From contig OZ176050.1 in NCBI GenBank assembly GCA_964247055.1, positions 13,950,001 to 14,014,000 on the forward strand: 64,000 bases of DNA. The letters run 5' to 3'. How positions within the stretch are numbered: position 1 is the stretch's first letter; every line of letters starts with the position of its first letter. Below the pieces are notes generated by a model. That model searched no databases. It had not been told where the DNA came from and worked only from the letters and a program-made list of their open reading frames with translations. This DNA is from Paragordius varius. Lineage: Eukaryota > Animalia > Nematomorpha. A program made the translations under genes and the position numbers. Positions 1 through 13,135 of the stretch are shown here, piece after piece.

Positions 1-105
1 TAGGTAACATTTAATCTTATAAAATCTTATAATTTATTTTAGGGTGAATTTGAATTGTACAAGAGTGAATATGAATTGTCAAGGGTGAATTTAAAGTTTA
101 AATGG
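1..105. mobile_element. Right end of family-A MITE (21-bp GGGTGAATTTGAATTGTTCAA-type array ending AAATGG|TA), cut off by the window edge
   Basis: Same terminal motif and repeat unit as the ends of the 45011-48250 element. Confidence 0.8.
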
Positions 106-908
106 TATATTAGGTTGATTTGCTAAATTATATACAGTTTAAGTGGATCAAATAACTGTTTTAAATATCATGGGTTGGTATAATTATATTTTTCCGTAAA
201 TTTAAAATGTTGTGTAATTTTTCACAAAAAAACGTATTAAAATTTTATTCGTCTGACTTGTCAAAAAAAGATGATTTACAGAAATTATAAAAAAATATCA
301 AATCAATTTTCTGAATTGTTTTGGATCCGCTTTTATACAGATTTTAAATACTTTAATAAAAAACAATTCAAATAAAATTGTTCCAACTTTGTTGTTTGAG
401 ATTTTTATTCATTCATTAAAAACTTCCCATACATTGATGACTTAACACTATGTTTGTTATGTTGAAAATTATTTTTATGATTAGAATTGAAGTTGAAGAT
501 TTATTTTCGAAACTTGACCCATTTTAATATTTGGGGAGACAATATTGATTACCCCACTTCCATATTATACACACAGCATTCTCAATCAGAATTAGTTCAT
601 CTATACCATGTAATATTAATATTATTTTTTATTAGTTTGCTATATTTCAATATTATACTTTATTTAAATGACTAAAATTGTTTAACAAAATGTATTCTTT
701 TTTAGAAGCGTTTGGCTAAGGCCACAAAATTTTTTAAGCCTAATATGCTCCTGCGATTTTCGAAGAGCAATTACCACAAAAGTGAAAATATTTTTTAGAA
801 TAATTCGTAAAACCCAAAACCAAAAGCATTATAAGATACCTATTTTTCTATCACAAAAAATATATATTTTATCAGGATATTTTATATATACATATAAATT
901 ATTTTATA

Positions 909-1830
909 CTTGGATACAACACATTTATTTGAATCCTCCGATTAAAATTGAGGTCTTTGGGGACCCCAGGCCTATTTAAAAATAAAATAATCCTAAAAAT
1001 ATGGAACAAATTGAAACCATTGCAAAGTTTGCATTTATAAAACGCTAAACGCCGAAATATATAAAATATTTACAAAAACTTGATATTACTTATTTTATGG
1101 ATTAACCTCAAGGGAAAAATTGAGTCAACATGACATGTGTGCATCAGCTAAATATAAAAATAATGCAGAATAAACGACTTTTTTTGTTTATATCCATGTT
1201 TGATTATACTTAAATAAAGAATTAGCTTTAATTTTAGCGTTAGAAACAAATAAACACGATTTTTTGCAAAAATGTTGTAAAATATGATCCTAAATCTTTT
1301 TTTCAAACTAAATTTTATTTGAAATGATGTGGAAATCGTCGTAAAATAACGTGAAAATAAAATAAAATATAATATATTGATTCTCAAATTTACGTCATAG
1401 GCATCATCAAGAGATTAGTTAAGAAAAATATATATAAGACAATAAAAATTAAATTAAAAATGAACAAAATTATGATTGATATTAATTATATGGAAAAACT
1501 CACAAAAAAACCGTTAATGAACACAAAGAAAAATCACAAAGAAACCGTTCTGATATAATTTTTTCTTAACTAATCTCCTGATGATGGCTATAGCGAAAAT
1601 TTGAAAATCAATAAATTATATTTCATTTTTCACGTTATTTTACGACGATTTCCACATCATTTACATTATAAACTCTCGTCGTTACCCACTCAAATAAATT
1701 TTATTTTGTGTTATAAATATTTTTATTAGGATGGAGGATAAATTCGAATTGGAATTGTTCTTTCAGTAGTTTTTAAAAATGTCTATTTAAATATATCTGG
1801 GGTATTTAGATGCCCCATTTTACATCAAAT
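909..1830 (+). mobile_element. Family-E MITE (piggyBac-like, TTAA type), interrupted by a palindromic insertion
   Basis: Starts CTTGGATACAAC and contains the GGGGTATTTAGATGCCCC end motif shared with the copies at 3379, 14639 and 24765. Confidence 0.6.
1322..1662. mobile_element. Foldback-like MITE with long (~110 bp) inverted arms, nested in a family-E MITE
   Basis: AAATGATGTGGAAATCGTCGTAAAATAACGTGAAAA at the left is matched by its reverse complement ending at 1662. There is also an inner pair, CATCATCAAGAGATTAGTTAAGAAAAA / TTTTTCTTAACTAATCTCCTGATGATG. Confidence 0.7.
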
Positions 1831-1954
1831 ATAAATTGACTCACCAATCTAGAAGATATTTAATATTTTTTAATGAAATATGTACATATGATCCTTTAAT
1901 ACGTAAAAAAATGTTAAAATATTCCATTTTTCAGTCAAAAGCAACATTTTTTAA

Positions 1955-2517
1955 CACTTCGATTCAAATTGGGGTATCTAAATACCCCAGACTAAATTTA
2001 AATTAATAATTTTATAAAACTACTTAATGAAACAGTTACAATTTAAATTTATGCTTCTCTCCTAATAAAAATTATATAAAAAAGCCAAAATATCCAAATA
2101 AAATTTTGTTTTAAAAAAAATCCATGTCAAATTACTTGGACGCCATTTTTATTTTGCAAAAATTTTGCAACATATCGTGTTTATTTGATGCTAACGTTAA
2201 AATTAAAGCTAATTTTTTATTTACACATCTAACATTGATAGAAATAGCAGTTTATTTTGTATTATTTATTAATTTTACCATTTCACACATGCCACGTTGA
2301 CGAAATTTTTACATTTCAGTTTTAGCTTAAAATAAGTAATAACAAGTATTTTGGAATATTTTTCATATATTTCGGTTTATTAATGTTATTTAAGTGCAAA
2401 ATTTTGCCATGGTTTCGATTCCTTCCATACTTTTATATTTGATTTTAAACACGCCTGGGGTATCCAACTAACCCAATTCGATTCGAAGGACTAAAATAAA
2501 TGTGTTGTATCTAAGTG
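1955..2517 (-). mobile_element. Family-E MITE, reverse orientation
   Basis: TTAA|CACTTCGATTCAAATTGGGGTATCTAAATACCCCAG at the left and GTGTTGTATCTAAGTG at the right. This is the reverse complement of the 14639-15212 copy. Confidence 0.75.
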
Positions 2518-2960
2518 TTCACCAAACGCACTAACTTTTTTTAAACAAACGAATATTTTTACAAGCAAACGCAATAGGTTTTCAAGCAAAAACCACTAAA
2601 AAAAACTTTACGTTTGAGTAAAAAAATGTTGCGTTTTGAAAAAATGTTGTCTTTACTTAAAAATGCGCGGTTAATTTGACTGAAAAATGGTATACAAATT
2701 TATGTCTAAATCTTTTAATATGATCCTTACTTGGTTGTTTATATTTCTATTTTATCCATCTAGCACGAATTTCTTCCTCTGGAAAAATTGAATTTCACTA
2801 CAAACGAGATATATTGGATATCCCAAGGTATTAAATAAAATTTGAGCTTTACAACATTTATAATTACAAATATTTTATAATAGAATTCTTATAGATTCTG
2901 TCCCGATATACCTTATTTTAACAAAAAATTCTTCGATTTTTGACATTTTTATTTATTTTA

Positions 2961-4053
2961 CAGTCATGTAGACTTTATTTTATCAAACATTTACTTTTTT
3001 TCGTTAAATGGGTATAAATATTGGGTAAAGAATAGAAAAACAAGAGCTCTATGGTATTAACCATATCATATTCATTTAAAAAGTAAAAGCAGTGTGTGGG
3101 AAGGGCGTCGGAAATCTTTGGTAAAAAATGAAAATGCACTTACTACTAACCCATCAATTAAAATTATTGTATAAAAAAGTTAGGAAAATGGTAATTTTTA
3201 TCTCAATTATAATTTTTTTTGTTAAGATATGGGAACGATTTTAAAAGGGATATTTACGATAGATGCTATATTAAATGTCAATTTGATCTAATTTCGTTAG
3301 AATGTGATATCCTATTATAAATTATAATAAACCTATACATAAAAATCTATATTTAAGTGATTAATTTATTTTGTTTAACACTTGGATACAACACTTTCAT
3401 TTTTAAGCTAAAACCGAAAGGTAAAAATTTAGTCAACGTGACATGTGTGCAATGGTAAAATTGAAAAATAATACAAAATAAATCGCTTTTTTTATTTCTA
3501 GCAATGTTAGATGTGATTTAAATAAAAAATTAGCTTTAACTTTACCCTTAACACTAAATGAAGACGACGTTTTGCAAATATTTTGTAAAAATGGCGTCGA
3601 ACTAGTTTGACATAAAATTTTTTTCAAAACAAAATTTAATTTAGATATTTTGGCATATTTTTAGAATTTTTATTAGGAAAGAAGCATAAATTTAAATTGG
3701 GACCGTTTCTTTCAGTAGTTTTTGAAAATCCTAACTCAAATTTATTCGGGGGATATTTAGATACCCTAATTTGAATCTAGGTGTTAAATAAAAATTTTAT
3801 CAAAAAAATTAATATAAAATTTTGCTAAAAAAATTAACAAAAATATTACCATTCCCCTTTAACAATATTTTAATATTTTCATTTTTTACCAAAGATTTCC
3901 GACGCCCTTCCCCCACACTTCTTTTACTCTTTTAATGAATATGATATGGTTAATTACCATAGAGCTCTTGTTTTTCTATTCTTTACCAAATATTTATACC
4001 CTATTTAACGAAAAAAAGTAAATTTTTGATAAAATAAAAAGTCTACATGACTG
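2961..4053. mobile_element. Tc1/mariner-type non-autonomous element with ~175-bp TIRs, containing a nested family-E MITE
   Basis: TA|CAGTCATGTAGAC...GTCTACATGACTG|TA. Positions 2961-3135 are mirrored at ~3875-4053. Confidence 0.8.
3379..3783 (+). mobile_element. Family-E MITE (piggyBac-like) with TTAA target duplication
   Basis: TTAA|CACTTGGATAC...TCTAGGTG|TTAA. Confidence 0.8.
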
Positions 4054-5468
4054 TATATATATAACATCTTTTTTTTAAAAAAAATATTGTCAAATAGTGT
4101 TTTTATCATCCGCATAAAAATATATACTAAAATCTCTAAAAGTTGGATGAAAAAAATTAAAAAAAGCTTATTTTAGTGTGTAAATTTTTGTGTGATTACA
4201 AAATTTATTCGGAAAAGAATGGTATATTTTGATTTTCGGATTGGTTGTATGAGTAATGATATCAATTACATAGAACAGTATAAAAATTATAATAAAAAAC
4301 GAGAATACTAAATCGAAAAATCGAGAAAATTTCCCATGGGTACATATACCATTTTCAGGCAAAAACAACATTTTATAATGGAAAATGTTGCCTTCGCTTG
4401 AAAAAATGTTGTTTGGTTAAAAATGTTGTTTTTGTCCAAAAAATGGTATATCAGCTAAATCTATTTTTATACAATAAAAATTAAATTAATAAGAGGGCAA
4501 ACTAAAAAGTTTAGATTTTGATTAGCTCCCCTTAATTATATTCACAATTGTAAATAAATTTTTAATCCAAGTTAAAAAATATGGCTGCTTTGTATAAAGT
4601 ATTTGTCCTTTCACCTCTATTAGTTAATTAGTTTATGCGAAATTCGAATTGATATAATGTATTACATATTTTTCAGAAGATTAATAATAGTAGTTTTAAA
4701 ACCTAAATTATGATATAAAATATCTTGAAAAAAAACATTTTTTTAAAACTGTATATCTATTTTAGTGATGTCGTATGATTTGATACGAATGCTAAAGGGC
4801 CATATCATTTGTTAAATATTTTTTTTGGAAAAAACAGAGTCTCAAAGTTTAATATTTTAAATCCAAAATAATTACTTAACTTTAGTAAATTTTATTTAAG
4901 ATATAAACGTTTGCTTAAAATATTATATATTTCGGTTTGAAAGCATTTTATGCTAAATTATTTAAGGGATATTAATTGTAATTTTTGAAATTTGGGTGGA
5001 AACTATTGGTTAGAGCTGATATATTTTATATTTTTGGCAAAAAATTGAATTATCTTTACTTTTAGGACTGTATACATTCTTACTGTAAACATTATTAAAT
5101 ATCTTAGGCAGTGTGAGTTGGATTACACCATATTCAATGAAATCAAATTTTAGCGCCAACATTCCATATATCTGCCCATTGTGCGTCTTTAAAAAATTGA
5201 TTGAGGCCAAATATTTTACTTGTTATATGTGTGTTAACCTTGAACCAAAACCCAATAAAACGATGGAAATAAGCTTTTAAGTTAACAAACATTTATATTT
5301 TCATTTTAAATAAATTACGTATGCCACATATGATTAATTTAATACGATTACTAAATGCAAAAAGATAGATATGCAACTTTTTTAATTTAATATTATGGGT
5401 CAAGTTTGTGATTTACAGTTAGGGGCATTTTGCGAAAACAATGTGTGCATGATATGTTTATTACTATA

Positions 5469-5740
5469 CAGTAAAAACTGAAATTATACGGACAAAATGT
5501 AAAAATATAGAGATAAATGTTTTTTTTATTTAAAGACAGCCATACTTTTTAAATCATTATTTTTTTCATTTTACATCGTCTAAAATGGCATGTGAAAAGA
5601 GATATACTACTAACAATCAATTTTTATATTTAACAATTGTAACCAAATAGCTAATATGGGAATAATTATGGTTTGTATTTTAAATAAAAATATTAGTCTT
5701 TATATTTTTACATTTGCCCGTATAATTGCAATTTTTATTA
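5469..5740. mobile_element. Family-D MITE (Tc1/mariner-type, TIR CAGTAAAAATTGAAATTATACGGACAAAA)
   Basis: TA|CAGT start. The same TIR recurs at 15410, 19568, 24313, 41258 and 52710. Confidence 0.75.
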
Positions 5741-5949
5741 TACATTTCTGGGCATGAATATTCAACAAACGAATATTGTTAAATAAATTGGATTAAAATT
5801 ATTTTTTTATTCACAAGGATTTATATATTTTGTTATTGGATTAAAGTTTTTAAATAAAAGTATTCCATGTATGTGTGATCAACTTTATTTTTTTTAAATA
5901 AATAATTTTAGGCCTTTATTAATAATAAATTTAAATTATTTCATAAAAA

Positions 5950-6200
5950 TATTATACAACCCGCCGAGACTTTACCTGCAGCCCGCGAATTTAGAAATTC
6001 ATAGTTTGCAAAAAATATGCATAAACAAATTTATAATAACAATTTATCTATAATCTATCCGATTGGGAGTAATTGGATTCAATTGCTATTCTAAGTTTGC
6101 ATTACAATCTTATGTTTGAAATATAACAAATATTATTTATAAATGGCCATATATATTTCAAATGCAGCCCGCAAAGCCATTTGTGTCGGACACACACCTG
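5950..6200 (-). mobile_element. hAT-type MITE remnant
   Basis: Reverse complement CAGGTGTGTGTCCGACACAAATGGCTTTGCGGGCTGCATT matches the + strand copy starting ~30564. Confidence 0.5.
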
Positions 6201-6677
6201 GTTTAGATCACTGATAGTTGTAAAAAAGTCGAATGGCTGATTAAAATGATTTTTCGGGCTCAAGGTAATACCGACAAATATATAGTTTCTTATGCAAACG
6301 GATACTTATAAATTGAATCAGTACACCAAGATTTTTTAATGGTACTCTATTTTTTGAAAAGGGGGAAAACGCCCCATAAGGGGGCGCTGCAAAAAAATTG
6401 CAGAATATAATAATTAAAAAATAAAACCAGAAACAAATTGAAGGTATAGATGTTGCAAATTATCATGATTTTTCAGCGAAATGATAAACTCCAAAATTGA
6501 AAATACAAGGATACACTCATTGATTGGGATTCACATAATATTATAGTAAATTTTATTTTGGATTTTTTTGAGAGGGACGTGAAGAATTTTCATTTTCTTT
6601 GTAGGCCGTGAACAAAAAAACTTTGACCACTGGTCTAGCATATCTCAATGTATTTGATATATTTCATTTTAAATATA

Positions 6678-7305
6678 CCATTTGCGCTTCAATATTGTCC
6701 TTATACACTTCAAGTTGGTCCTTGAACAATTCAAGTTGGTCCTTGAACAATTCAAGTTGGTCCTTGAACACTTCAAGTTAGTCCTTGAACATTTCAAGTT
6801 AGTCCTTGAACATTTTAAGTTGGTCCATTGACTTTTTTGTTTTGTTTTTAACTTTTATCAAACAAATCGTAAAGCATTCATTTTTATCGCTTTTACCTAT
6901 TATTTTAAATAAATTTTAAATCATCACTTTTAATCATTAAACCATATATTTTCTTATAATTATTTTGGATATTTATAAAATTTTAACAAAATTAAAAAAT
7001 ATAAAATTATTCTGGGTTATTTATAAAAATTTTTTTTTAATCATTTAAATAATTTTGTTAGAATATTAGTTAGAAACAAAAAAGTGGTTTCCGAATAAAA
7101 TATTTTTTAATGTAATATATAAAAAATTAGGTTAAAAAATAATAAAATATAAAAATATATGGAAAAATTATGATTAAATCAAATTTAAAAAATTTTAAGG
7201 ACCAAATTGAAGTTTTCAAGGATCAACTTGAAGCGTTCAAGAACCAACCCGAAATGGTTTAGGATCAACATGATGCGTTCAAGGACACTTTTGAAGTGCA
7301 AATGA
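6678..7305. mobile_element. Family-B MITE (TA|CCATTTGC ends; 21-bp TTCAAGTTGGTCCTTGAACAA subterminal arrays)
   Basis: Tandem 21-mers at 6708-6830, inverted and more degenerate copies at ~7198-7300, TA at both flanks. Confidence 0.85.
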
Positions 7306-8143
7306 TATATGTGTCGCCTTGTAAGTGGATAGAAAATAATAAAAATATTTAGCACATTTTATATTTATAAATTTTATTATATTGGCACATCGTGCGAAAA
7401 CTCAATTGTCCCTATCCTTTCCCATTTCCTTCTAAACATATATTTGTTCAAAACTGGAATCAATTGATTGATAAAAACCGTAAATTATTTTCATAATAAT
7501 AAAAAATAAAACGAATTTTTTTTTTAAAAAACTGAAAAAGTAATAATTTATCCGTTGCACACATTAATATATCTAAACAATTAAATATATTTTTTTGATT
7601 TAGGGCATAAAAGGTATATTTAGGGAACAGCATGGCACCTGAGTCGAGTTTTGAGTATAACCAGTTTGGACGTTAATTAAAAAATTGACATAGAAACACA
7701 TGATTGAATACTTTTCAAATAACAGTTTAAATAACATAAATGATAATAAAAATTAAAATTAGGGCAGGCTTTTTTTCAGCCAAATGTTCCCTTGCTAAAA
7801 CATTTAAATTTTCAAATGAGTATATAATGCGTTTATAAAAGTGGATTTACAAGTAAAGTCAGTAGCAGCATCATTTACTACGTGTTGTATTTAAATTAAA
7901 GGTACTTATTTCATATTAAATAAAGTTCTTTATATGAAAAGATTTGGTGATTATATTCTAATTTTTATCCAAATTCCAATAGTATAGGGGAGGATTTCTT
8001 TGCCAAAAAATTAGTTATTAATATATATATATATATATATATATTAGATTGTAAATTTATTATTAGTTTGTATTAACAAAATACTGATCGAAAATCATTT
8101 TAAAACCATTAAATTTGTAAACAAGTTAAGCATTTTAAATATA

Positions 8144-8744
8144 CCATTTGCACTTTAAGAGTGTCCTTGAACACTTCAAGTTGGCCCTTGAACATTTCAA
8201 GTTGGTCCTTGAACAATTCAAGTTGGTCCTTGAACAATTCAAGTTGGTCCTCTTAAATTTATAAATTTTGATTTAACCATAATTTTTCCATTTATTTTTT
8301 AATTTTATTATTTATTAACCTAATTTTCTTTATTTATTATATATTTATTTTAAAAATAAAAAATTTTATGAAAACCACTTTTTTGTTTCAAACTATTTTT
8401 TTTCAATTAAACAAAATTATTGACTTTTAGATCTTTATAATAAAAAATTTTAATAATTATCCCAGAAAACTTATATATTTTTTCATTTCGTGATAAAATC
8501 TTATAAATATCCAAAATTATTATAAGAAATTAATAAAGATATACGGTTTCTCAAAGATTAAAAGTTTATATCGATTTAAAATTTATGTTAAATAATAAAA
8601 AATAGGTTAAAAACAATAAAATAGATGAATTATTTACGATTTGATTGATAAAAGTTAAAAACAAAACAAAAAAGTCAAAGGACCAACTTGAAGTGTTCAA
8701 GGGCCAACTTGAAGTGTTCAAGGACACTCTTGAAGTGCAAATGA
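8144..8744. mobile_element. Family-B MITE
   Basis: TA|CCATTTGCACTT...AAGTGCAAATGA|TA with 21-bp arrays. ORFs 8566-8766 and 8645-8845 are translations of the repeat. Confidence 0.85.
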
Positions 8745-9089
8745 TATATACCTTGTCATTAACCATAATTAAATTTTATTTGAGTTTTTTTCAGCACGAT
8801 TCAAAAATTGGAAAAATATATGTGACGGCTAAAAGTTTAAGATAATGGTTTTTCGGATTTTTACTTATAATATCTTTTATGAAAGACGTACAAATCACAA
8901 CGTGTATATTAAATCCCTATATAAGGACTTTTAGGTTATTCATAATTCAGTAGTAGAGTAGAAAGCTACCCCCCAAAAAATGAATTGGGAATAAGATTAT
9001 TATAAATTAGGGCTATTCCACTTTAGTTTCCGTAAAAGCGATATTTATATAGAAACATTTTACAAGTAAAATATTAACAAATTATTTAT

Positions 9090-9622
9090 TTAATCTTGAT
9101 TGGAATCTAAAACAATGGTAACAGGTCCATCATTAATTAAATTTATATGACAATATGCACCAAATACACCTTCTAAAACATTAATAGACCAAACAAAACC
9201 TTTTATATGAGTTTCATCATAACTTTCCCTTAATTTACGGACAAAATAATTGTAAAGAACTTTTGAGTCCTCCGCTAACATCGATTTATGAAAATCCGGT
9301 TTTCGACCCTTAATAGTGGCATATAAAGTAAACTAAAAAGTTATTAATATGCCTTCACTTGCTTGACTTAGGGATAATATTTCAAAGTTTTTCTCTTTTA
9401 CATCACTTGCCCATCTTTTACCATCTGCATCAAACAGTTTAAGATTAAGTATTTTTTTGACCCTTTTTATATATAAATTAAAGTATACATTTTATCAGCG
9501 TCTTCTTCTTTATCATCTCTATTAATTCCAACTAAAAGGCAAAGACCTTGGTTTATTTTATTGATTAATTTTTCGTCCACATGGACTGAAGCTTCAAGCA
9601 CGCGTTGTATTACGACCCTCAT
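9090..9622 (-). CDS. DTD1: D-aminoacyl-tRNA deacylase (D-Tyr-tRNA deacylase), 4 exons
   Basis: Exons 9622-9489, 9462-9363, 9332-9200, 9172-9090, with introns of 26, 30 (GC-AG) and 27 nt. Spliced protein reads MRVVIQRVLEASV...SQFTLYATIKGRKPDFH...FGAYCHINLINDGPVTIVLDS*, containing the SQFTL and NDGPVT family motifs. Confidence 0.95.
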
Positions 9623-9682
9623 GTGTTTTATTGTATTTATTTACATCACACGATAAAATTAAAAAATCGGGATGAGCCTTGG

Positions 9683-10397
9683 TAACCTTTCGATTCAAAT
9701 TGGTTTATCTAAATACCCCAAATAAGTTAAAATATCTAAATAAAATTTTGTTTTGATATAAAAGTTTCATATCATACTACTGCAACGTTATTTTAATTTT
9801 TCAAAACTTGTAAAATATGTGTTCTAATTTTAAAAGTAAAATTATAATTTTTTAATTATATTTTACATTGTTTTTTACCATTGCACACATGTCACGTTGA
9901 CGAAAGTTTTACTTTTGGTTTTAGCTGAAAATAAGTAATACTAAGTATTTTTGAATTAAATTTTGTATATATTTGGATTTATTGTTATATAAATGGGAAA
10001 TTTCGCCATGGTTTAGATTCCCTCCATATTTTTTAGTATTTAATTTTAAACATGCATGGGGATAGTCCTTCGATTCAAATTGGTGTAGTTGGATTCCCCA
10101 GGCAAGTTTAAAATTAAAATCTTTGAAAAATATTATGTGTGCAATTGTATAATCAAAAATAATACAAGACAAACCGCTTCTATTTCTATCAATGTTAAAT
10201 GTAATTTAAATAAAAAATTAGCTTTGATTTTACCTATTAAATTTTTCAAAACAAAATTTCATTATATTTTGGCATATTTGCATAATTTTTATTAGCAGAG
10301 AAGCATAAATATAAATTGGGACCGTTTTATTCAGTAATTTTCTAAAAATCCTAACTCAAGTTTAGTCTCGGGTATTTACCCAATTTGAATCAAAGTG
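9683..10397. mobile_element. Composite of two family-E MITE pieces directly upstream of DTD1
   Basis: TTCGATTCAAATTGG motifs at ~9689 and ~10068; ends AAAGTG|TTAA at 10397. Confidence 0.65.
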
Positions 10398-12654
10398 TTA
10401 AATTTACAATCATACGATAAAATTGAAAAAAATGAGCCAAAACATTAACATTTTACTAATACAGTTTTACCTAAGTCATTTATTTATACGAATGAAAATA
10501 TTATAATCAATAGGCGAAAATTTATACAATTACAATAAGTACATGATTATCATTTTTTATAATTTATCACATTTTCATAGTATTGTATTCCCCAAACATC
10601 AAAACTATATCTTCATTCTATTGTGTAATCATTCTATATCATATTTGATCAAATATTTTAAATAAAAAAATAATCTTAAAATTTAACTGGAGCCGTCAGT
10701 CAAGTAATAATTTTATAACCCATTCATTTTAGATGTAGAAATTATCTTATTTTAAAATGACCTTAAACATAATAAATTTATCTCTGATATTGAGGCCTTG
10801 GAGGTTAAGTAATTTCCATTATATTATAATTATAAATTACATTTTGGGTTAGTTAGTTTACTCCACTACTATTTGAAATTTAATTGATTTAATTATGATT
10901 TGTTCTCAATTTCCAAAATCACTATATTATATCAAAAAAGCAAACAATAATTTTAAAAAAATTCAATTAGATGTGGGCTCCAAAAGTGCTAATTTTTTCG
11001 CTTTTTAAAACGGACTCTTCTTTTCTAATGGAAAATTGTTTACGCGATAGTTATTTTAATACTAAATTTTGATATCAACTAAAATTCTTATTATATCCAT
11101 TTTTTTGAAAATTAAATTTTTAAATTTTGTTAAAGTGTACTTTTGTTGTGAGGCTAAATGGAAACAGTATAAAAACGTTTTGAAAACACAATACGAAATA
11201 TTTCAATCATTTCAATAATTCGATTAGATCAAAATATTTGTGTAATATATGTTGAGTGCATAATGTTTCAGCTATCACATAAATAATTTACTCTACACCA
11301 AAATTAGCAGGAAATAGTTATTTTAACATTTTGCTATTTTTCTATCGAAAGATTTTCGCCTCAGAGTGCACCACCAATTCTTGCTGAAATCCGTCCAAAC
11401 TGCTTCATGTCTGGCTATTTTGTTAGGATACCTTTTGCAATTATGATGAGATGTTAAAACTAGACAACAAATTATTTTACGAAATAATTTCCATTCCTAT
11501 TGCCTCACACAGAGTCCACCAATAAATAAGCTGATAAAAAATAAATCTTATAGTAAATGTACAAGAGTTCCATGTTGCTTTCAATATAGCCCTTAGAATG
11601 ATTTAGAAAGTTATTTACATATTTGTCATTATATCAGAAAATGAAGTTTGCGCATTTAATATAAAATGTTTCTGTGAAAACTATAAGCTACATCCCTAAA
11701 AATATCCTAAAATATATCATAAAAAAATGAATATTGATTTTTATAGGTGGCTCCGAAAGTCCTTATCTTATCGCTTTTTTAAATGGACATTTTCTTTTAA
11801 AAAACGCAAAAATGATGAGATTGCGGTATATATATTAATTATATATCCTAAACTTTACAAATACAATATTTTTAAAAATGCATGTTGAAAAATTTAGTTT
11901 TTAGCAAAATTTTGTAAAGCTTATTCATACCATGTTAAGATATGATGAAAACGGTATAAAAACGTTGTAAGATATTATAAACCACCTTTAATACATATAC
12001 CAAATATGTATATCAATTCAATTTCTTAAATTAAAATATTCGTTTGTCTTCAAATTTATAAATATAAATTAGATTATCTTTACGAAAATTCAAAGTCAAA
12101 AAGCAAATAAATCCTTTAATTTAAATTGGAGGAGATTAATATGTTCAGCATAATTGAATTATATAAAAAACGCTGGTTTTGTAACATAAAGCGTTATCTT
12201 TCTGTGAGAATCATGCCTCAATTTATGAAGTAGGCTTCAACAAAATTATGCTAAAAATTAGCATATATTTAAATTACTTATCCAGAAATGTCGGCCTTTT
12301 TGCGTTTAAAAAAATATTTCATTTTTTAAGAGCAATAATTTGGGATTTTCGTAGCCGACATCTAAAATCAAAAATTTTGCTTCCTTTTTATTATTTTATG
12401 ATGAGATATTTTTGAATTGCCAAATTTAAAAAACGGAAATTTTACAAGTTAATTTATAACCAATAACTATTTTAATTCACTTAAAATAATAATATTTTTT
12501 TATAGAATGTGTTTCCTGCTATAAGGAATTTTACATTTGATGATTTCAAAAATATTAAATAAATTTTACTTTCTTAGTGCGTTAATGTTCAAATTTTCAA
12601 ATCATATCGTCGATGCGACTCAGATACCGCATGCAGGTATTCATATTTATAATG

Positions 12655-13135
12655 CAGAACGCAAATGTAAAAATGATCCGAACAATTTTTGTATGTGTTG
12701 TGGAAGATGGATATTTAAAAAAGGTTAAGAAATTTAGGCAACACGATACAACAACTGTTTTTGAAATATTTTGATACGAAAATAGATGCTGACAAACCAT
12801 GGGCTCCAAAAAAAATATGCGATGCTTGCCGTATAAATCTAATCGATTGGAAAAATAACAATAGAGCAATGCCTTTCTGCGTGCCAATGATTTGGCTTGA
12901 GCCAAAGAATCATTATCAAGGTTATTCTCAAAATTAATATCAGATTGCTACTTTTGTCTTTTCGATTACAAAAAAGCTCTTGTCTCGAAACGACAACGTA
13001 AGCCTATTATTTATCCGGATGTATCCAGTGCTAAAAGGCCTGTAAAACAAGTTGATCAACCTTTTCCAACTTATATTGATAAAAATAATATTCTTGATGA
13101 TCAAACGTATCCTATTGATACAGATATAAATTAAC
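12655..13135 (+). pseudogene. N-terminal Cys/His region of a decayed DNA transposase, probably Chapaev3/CMC type
   Basis: RKCKNDPNNFCMCCG, then a 1-bp frameshift, KYFDTKIDADKPWAPKKICDAC...MPFCVPMIWLEPKNHYQ, a 23-nt intron (12921-12943), then DCYFC...IIYPDVSSAKRPV. The family assignment is from memory of the motif and was not searched. Confidence 0.65.

Noticed and set aside
487-8560. Short AT-rich ORFs in the first 8.5 kb
   Set aside because: They overlap MITEs or low-complexity DNA and show no conserved motifs, so no gene is supported there.
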